From an uncultured Cytophagia bacterium (GTDB taxonomy: Bacteria; Zhuqueibacterota; Zhuqueibacteria; Residuimicrobiales; Oceaniaggregativiventaceae): 41,309 nt of DNA. Position 1 is the stretch's first letter, and each line of letters opens with the position of its first letter. The notes below the pieces were generated by a model. That model was not told the DNA's origin. It was given only the letters and a program-made list of their open reading frames with translations, and did no database searches. This document shows, piece after piece, positions 37,778 to 41,309 of this stretch. The stretch covers positions 1-41,309 of the forward strand of contig CAYPUH010000005.1 in NCBI GenBank assembly GCA_964413725.1, given 5' to 3'. The translations under genes were made by a program, and so were the position numbers.

Positions 37778-38925
37778 CTAAAAATGAGACCAACGCGCTA
37801 CACTTTAAGAACAGCGTCCGGGTCGGAAAACAAAAGCTGAATGTGGAAACCACGTTTGACAAAGAGACAGGCTGCGCCATTGCGGTGATCTCTTCCGGAA
37901 ATGAACCGGTCAGCCAAAAAGAAACCACGTTTTCAGATTCAAAGTCTCCCGAAGAGATTGAGAAAAATGTCAAACAATTTCACCATCTCATCCTGTCCGA
38001 TCTGGAAATGCTGTTTTTTGTGACAGAAAAGGTTCAGGCCACAGAACATCCAGAGTCGATCAAACGATTGGGTATACTGTTTCTCGAGAGAGAGTTTGTG
38101 GACGAGGCGATCGAGCAACTCAATCGGGTTCTGGAGCTCAACCCCTCTTTGGAAAACACTCATTTTCACCTTGGCAAAGCCTATCTGAAAAAGGGGGATG
38201 CCAAAATCGCTTGTGAGCATCTAAAGTCGGCGGTAGATCAGACCCCAACATATCCCGATATACAGTTCTGGTATGCCAAAGCATTATGGCATGCCGGAGA
38301 GCTGTCAGATGCGCTAAAGATGTTTTCCAGTGTCTTTGAACTCAAATCAGATTATCACGAAGCGCATTATACGCTGGGCCTCTATCTTTTGCAGAGCTGT
38401 GTAGATCATCCCAAGCACGCGGATCTAAAACCTCCCCTGGAGCGCCTCAAAGATGCCGAATATCATCTTCATCAGGCCATCACGTTATCAGAGGAGCATT
38501 ATGACAGCGATGCGATGAATGCCGGATTTGAAAAGCTGGAACAAAAGGACGTAGAAGATACCGGTCTTGAAGAGTTTAAAGACGCGTATCACTATACTCG
38601 GTCGAGCAGCCAAACAGCTGTTGCAGACAGCGAATTCTACCTAAAGTTTATGTTTGCGGGACTGGACAAAGATAACCGCACACTGGACCATTATATCAAG
38701 ACCATCGAAACGTCGGTGAATCAGTATCCTGAATATGCCGACTTGCATAAAAGTCTTGGCACCGCCTATCTGATCAAGACATGGCATTTCTTTATCAAAG
38801 CGGTAGAGGAATATCGAGAAGCGGTGCGAATCAACCCCTCCTTTGAAAAGGCGGTTAAGCATCTTAAATTGCTGGAAAATGACAGCCGGGGATTTTTAAT
38901 TTTGTTAAAAAGTGTTTTGAAATAA
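37774..38925 (+). CDS. tetratricopeptide-repeat protein
   Basis: 383 aa. ATGA overlap with the zinc-ribbon gene. TPR units such as AIEQLNRVLELNPSLENTHFHLGKAYLKKGD. Confidence 0.75.
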   Translation: MTKNETNALHFKNSVRVGKQKLNVETTFDKETGCAIAVISSGNEPVSQKETTFSDSKSPEEIEKNVKQFHHLILSDLEMLFFVTEKVQATEHPESIKRLGILFLEREFVDEAIEQLNRVLELNPSLENTHFHLGKAYLKKGDAKIACEHLKSAVDQTPTYPDIQFWYAKALWHAGELSDALKMFSSVFELKSDYHEAHYTLGLYLLQSCVDHPKHADLKPPLERLKDAEYHLHQAITLSEEHYDSDAMNAGFEKLEQKDVEDTGLEEFKDAYHYTRSSSQTAVADSEFYLKFMFAGLDKDNRTLDHYIKTIETSVNQYPEYADLHKSLGTAYLIKTWHFFIKAVEEYREAVRINPSFEKAVKHLKLLENDSRGFLILLKSVLK

Positions 38926-39230
38926 CCGCTTTTAAGTGTAACATGCATTAAATCTGTTGATATCTGGTATACCGACAACGAGCTGAAACAAGCAGTCAAA
39001 ACGGCATCCACATCCCACTTGAACCAGCAACCGCAGAAGCAGAGGACAGGCACCTGTATGGCATACCGGTTGGAATGTTGCAATGTGTGTCTTGCACGGC
39101 ACACCCGTTACTTCCTCTTATTCATTTGATCCAAACCCGGCTTCGCTCCTTCCTCTGTTTCTTTTTCCGACATCTTTAGGACAAGATTACTTTCTGATGG
39201 ATTGGATCGCCAATCGAGCATGACAATTGT

Positions 39231-39259
39231 TTGTGTTTTCGATGTGCTGGTGGTATAAT
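39231..39259 (+). promoter_or_regulatory. candidate extended -10 sigma70 promoter
   Basis: TTGTGT (39231-39236), a 17-nt spacer, then TGgTATAAT (TATAAT at 39254-39259). This predicts a leader of about 300 nt before the ATG at 39566. Confidence 0.4.
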
Positions 39260-39430
39260 ATTTGCTCAAGCTTGTCAGGAGGCTTTGGGGGGTCCAATAA
39301 GGGGTTATTGTGTATCGATGGAAAACAGCTATGATTTATCTGAAACATACGATGTGGTTGTGCATTTAATGTTCATATCAAAACACATGAAAGATCAAAC
39401 GGATTCCAGGGTAACCGAACGCCTTCATAC

Positions 39431-39473
39431 GAAACGGTTTGGTAGCATTCTTGTTGCCGACCAAAGCCGTTTC
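39431..39473 (+). terminator. leader hairpin, candidate attenuator/terminator
   Basis: GAAACGGTTTGG pairs with CCAAAGCCGTTTC (12 bp with one bulged G). The loop is 18 nt. It is followed by ATCTCTTTTGT. Confidence 0.4.
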
Positions 39474-39510
39474 ATCTCTTTTGTATCGATACCACCTGGA
39501 ACGTGTTGGG

Positions 39511-39533
39511 GATTCGGCGCAACGCACCGAATC
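39511..39533. repeat. palindromic repeat, copy 3
   Basis: GATTCGGCGC-AAC-GCACCGAATC is 21 of 23 identical to copy 2. It ends 33 nt upstream of the ATG at 39566. Confidence 0.6.
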
Positions 39534-39565
39534 GATGGAGACCAATGACTTGAGATGAGCCTATT

Positions 39566-40024
39566 ATGAATCGATATGTTTTTGTGCTGGTTCTGTTGCT
39601 GTCAAATACTCTGGCATGGACACAGGAACCGATACGCGTGTATTCAACAAACCCGGAACCAAAGGGGCTTTCTGCCTGCTTGTTTGAGTTTGATCTTCCC
39701 GAAGCCCTTCCGTCTTCAGCGACCATCGAGATTATCTGCCCCGGCACGATGATCCTGGACCCGGTTATGCTGGCCTCATCAAAGACCATAACAGGAGGGC
39801 TGGTTGTCGCTGTTTCGAGTGACACAATAACGGTCAAACGCGTGGGGCTGGGTGGAACTGTGGCGGCCGGGACTGAAGTTGATTTGCGAGTTGCAAGTAT
39901 TATTTTTTCGAGCAAACAAGAGCAACCGGAAATGTTTATAATACGTGGTCTTGATAATGAAAACCCATTATTCCGACTGGAAAGTAAAACAGAAATAAGA
40001 GCCTGGTCTCGAAATGAAGGATGA
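39566..40024 (+). CDS. small secreted protein, paralogous to the N-terminal domain of the next gene
   Basis: Signal peptide MNRYVFVLVLLLSNTLAWTQ. Shares the pattern F.F.L....LP....I.I...........L.S....GGL.V......I.V.R.G.G..V..G..V with 40014-41309. Confidence 0.6.
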   Translation: MNRYVFVLVLLLSNTLAWTQEPIRVYSTNPEPKGLSACLFEFDLPEALPSSATIEIICPGTMILDPVMLASSKTITGGLVVAVSSDTITVKRVGLGGTVAAGTEVDLRVASIIFSSKQEQPEMFIIRGLDNENPLFRLESKTEIRAWSRNEG

Positions 40025-41309
40025 ACGTGTGCACTCGAAAGCACAGAAAAACCTTAAAAATATAATATTTGCAGTTAAGCTATGTATTGTTTGCTTTACA
40101 ACCAGCTTATCAGCTCAGGGTCCGAAGTTGACCGATCTGGAGTTCGCTTTGCAGGATAGCACTGCAGGGGCCAGTACCGTTGCAACCTGCTCGTTTAAAC
40201 TCGATGGGACAAGTCTGCCAAATAACAATCAGATTAAATTAAAGTTTTATGAAGACCAAGGCTTTAATTTTTCTAAATTGTTTTTAACAAGTCCCAATTA
40301 TTCGAGCGATTTGGATGGCGGGTTGACCCTGGTTACAGAGAACAACCCCATTTATATCGAACGTGACGGGACGGGGACCGCTGTTCCAGATCAGGGCACC
40401 GTTTCTTTTCATATAGGTATGATCAGACTGCCGTTTGTAGCCGGTGATTATGGTGTTGAGATAAGTGCCGAAACCAATGCTGGATGGATAAAAGGTAATG
40501 CAAATGCAAATATAGTCGTGAAAGGTCATATCAACAGCTTTGATATCAACATAAACACAACGACGGTAACTGCAGGTGATCCACTGAGCGTTTGGGTAAC
40601 TGAGGCATTGGACGACAATTCACAACCTGCATCTGGCTGGGTTAATATTAATATTTCGGATGGCTTTGGAATTTCTCCCAATGGCTCGAAGCCAGTTTTG
40701 AAGCCTATATATGTCCAAAACGGAATGTCCGATGCAACAGAACAAATACTTGTGGCCGCAGGTGAAGGAATTCGATTACAAGGGACTTCTGGTTTGGCCA
40801 CAGATTTCAGCCAGGAAATCGACGTTGTGTCCGCTGATACAGATTCATTTATGGCAACAAGTTTTCCTGATACGGTTGCAGCCGGTATACCCTTTCCAGA
40901 TTCTGTCATTATTGCTGCCGTTGATCATTTTGGTAACCTGAAGAAGAGTTTTGATGGGCAACTGGTCTTTAGCACTGATAATCCTGCAGATGAATTGCCA
41001 GCCAGCTTTTTGTTCGATGGTAATTCTGGACTTGCGGTGTTTTCCGGCCTACATTTTATTGTTCAGAATTTTGGAACAAAACATATTTATCTTAAGGATA
41101 ATAATCTTTCTCCTACTATTGAAGGGGACTTTTTTGTAGAGGTTCCAAATGATCAACCGTTTTACACCTATTCCCTTGATTATCCCTCAATCGTCACTGC
41201 TGGAACACCTTTTCAAATTCGTGTCTCAAATTTTCAGGATCGTAACGGTCCTGCTGATGGAACGGTATCGTTATCATTTGCCGATGGCCTGCCGCACTCT
41301 ACAGATGAT
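40014..41309 (+). CDS. large secreted multi-domain (beta-sandwich repeat-like) surface protein, 3' end outside the window
   Basis: Not in the ORF track because there is no in-window stop. ATG 40014 is open for 432 codons to the window end. Signal peptide NIIFAVKLCIVCFTTSLSAQG. Repeated segments of the type TVTAGDPLSVWV, TVAAGIPFPDSV and IVTAGTPFQIRV. Overlaps the upstream gene by 11 nt. Confidence 0.7.
   Translation, partial: MKDERVHSKAQKNLKNIIFAVKLCIVCFTTSLSAQGPKLTDLEFALQDSTAGASTVATCSFKLDGTSLPNNNQIKLKFYEDQGFNFSKLFLTSPNYSSDLDGGLTLVTENNPIYIERDGTGTAVPDQGTVSFHIGMIRLPFVAGDYGVEISAETNAGWIKGNANANIVVKGHINSFDININTTTVTAGDPLSVWVTEALDDNSQPASGWVNINISDGFGISPNGSKPVLKPIYVQNGMSDATEQILVAAGEGIRLQGTSGLATDFSQEIDVVSADTDSFMATSFPDTVAAGIPFPDSVIIAAVDHFGNLKKSFDGQLVFSTDNPADELPASFLFDGNSGLAVFSGLHFIVQNFGTKHIYLKDNNLSPTIEGDFFVEVPNDQPFYTYSLDYPSIVTAGTPFQIRVSNFQDRNGPADGTVSLSFADGLPHSTDD

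Noticed and set aside
38926-39230. Possible housekeeping ncRNA (tmRNA, SRP RNA, RNase P RNA, 6S) or tRNA in the large spacer
   Set aside because: I saw no tRNA-like T-arm/acceptor pattern, no SRP GGAA/AGCA domain-IV motif, no RNase P GGAAAGUCC-type motif and no tmRNA ends. 6S RNA cannot be excluded by eye.
39231-39548. 105-aa + strand ORF in the 640-bp non-coding region
   Set aside because: Its non-ATG start coincides with the predicted -35/-10 promoter. There is no recognisable family or RBS. The internal 76-codon version (ATG 39318) is kept only as a possibility under the leader finding.
39566-40024. Frameshifted pseudogene interpretation of the two overlapping secreted-protein ORFs
   Set aside because: Each ORF has its own start codon and its own complete signal peptide. 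They are therefore two paralogous genes, not one broken gene.
39472-40044. 190-aa minus-strand ORF opposite the 152-aa secreted-protein gene
   Set aside because: The translation is Ser/Arg-rich with no signal or motif. The + strand ORF has a signal peptide and a paralogue next door.
1-41309. Mobile elements, CRISPR arrays, defence islands, toxin-antitoxin pairs, rRNA or tRNA genes
   Set aside because: I recognised no transposase, integrase, Cas, restriction or TA-like ORF, no regularly spaced repeats and no long terminal inverted repeats. The window reads as core chromosome.

Overview
This window is the replication-origin neighbourhood of a bacterial chromosome. dnaA (405-1757) is the only minus-strand gene. 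It is flanked on both sides by DnaA-box clusters, which suggests a bipartite oriC. To its right, about 40 genes all lie on the + strand: rpmH-rnpA-yidD-yidC-mnmE-mnmG-rsmG (with three parS sites around mnmG), murQ, mfd, and three tandem SurA/PpiD-type PPIase genes. Next comes a four-gene envelope module: a DUF4159-like protein, a 1122-aa 2-TM coiled-coil protein, a TPR protein and a GATase1-like lipoprotein. After that: yjbQ, a SAM methyltransferase, ftsEX, hrcA-grpE-dnaJ (no dnaK, no CIRCE), comEA, a pilin-like / degenerate PilM / PilN-O-like trio, rsmD, coaD, pta, an aspartate aminotransferase, an FmdB zinc-ribbon protein and a TPR protein. The window ends with a 640-bp structured non-coding region and two paralogous secreted proteins, the second running off the window end. 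I saw no tRNA, rRNA, CRISPR array, transposase or integrase. Gene content looks FCB-superphylum-like, but Shine-Dalgarno sites are present. The best candidates for something undescribed are the central envelope module (17954-25248), which lacks its usual MoxR/DUF58/vWA partners, and the secretin-less pilus-like trio fused to the heat-shock operon (31490-34195). DNA-level signals not explained by genes are the parS sites, a 23-bp palindromic repeat family (one copy forms the 3' end of mfd), nested GGACAC palindromes, two G10 tracts inside CDSs, and an operator-like palindrome upstream of hrcA. All family names come from motif recognition by eye. No database search was run.
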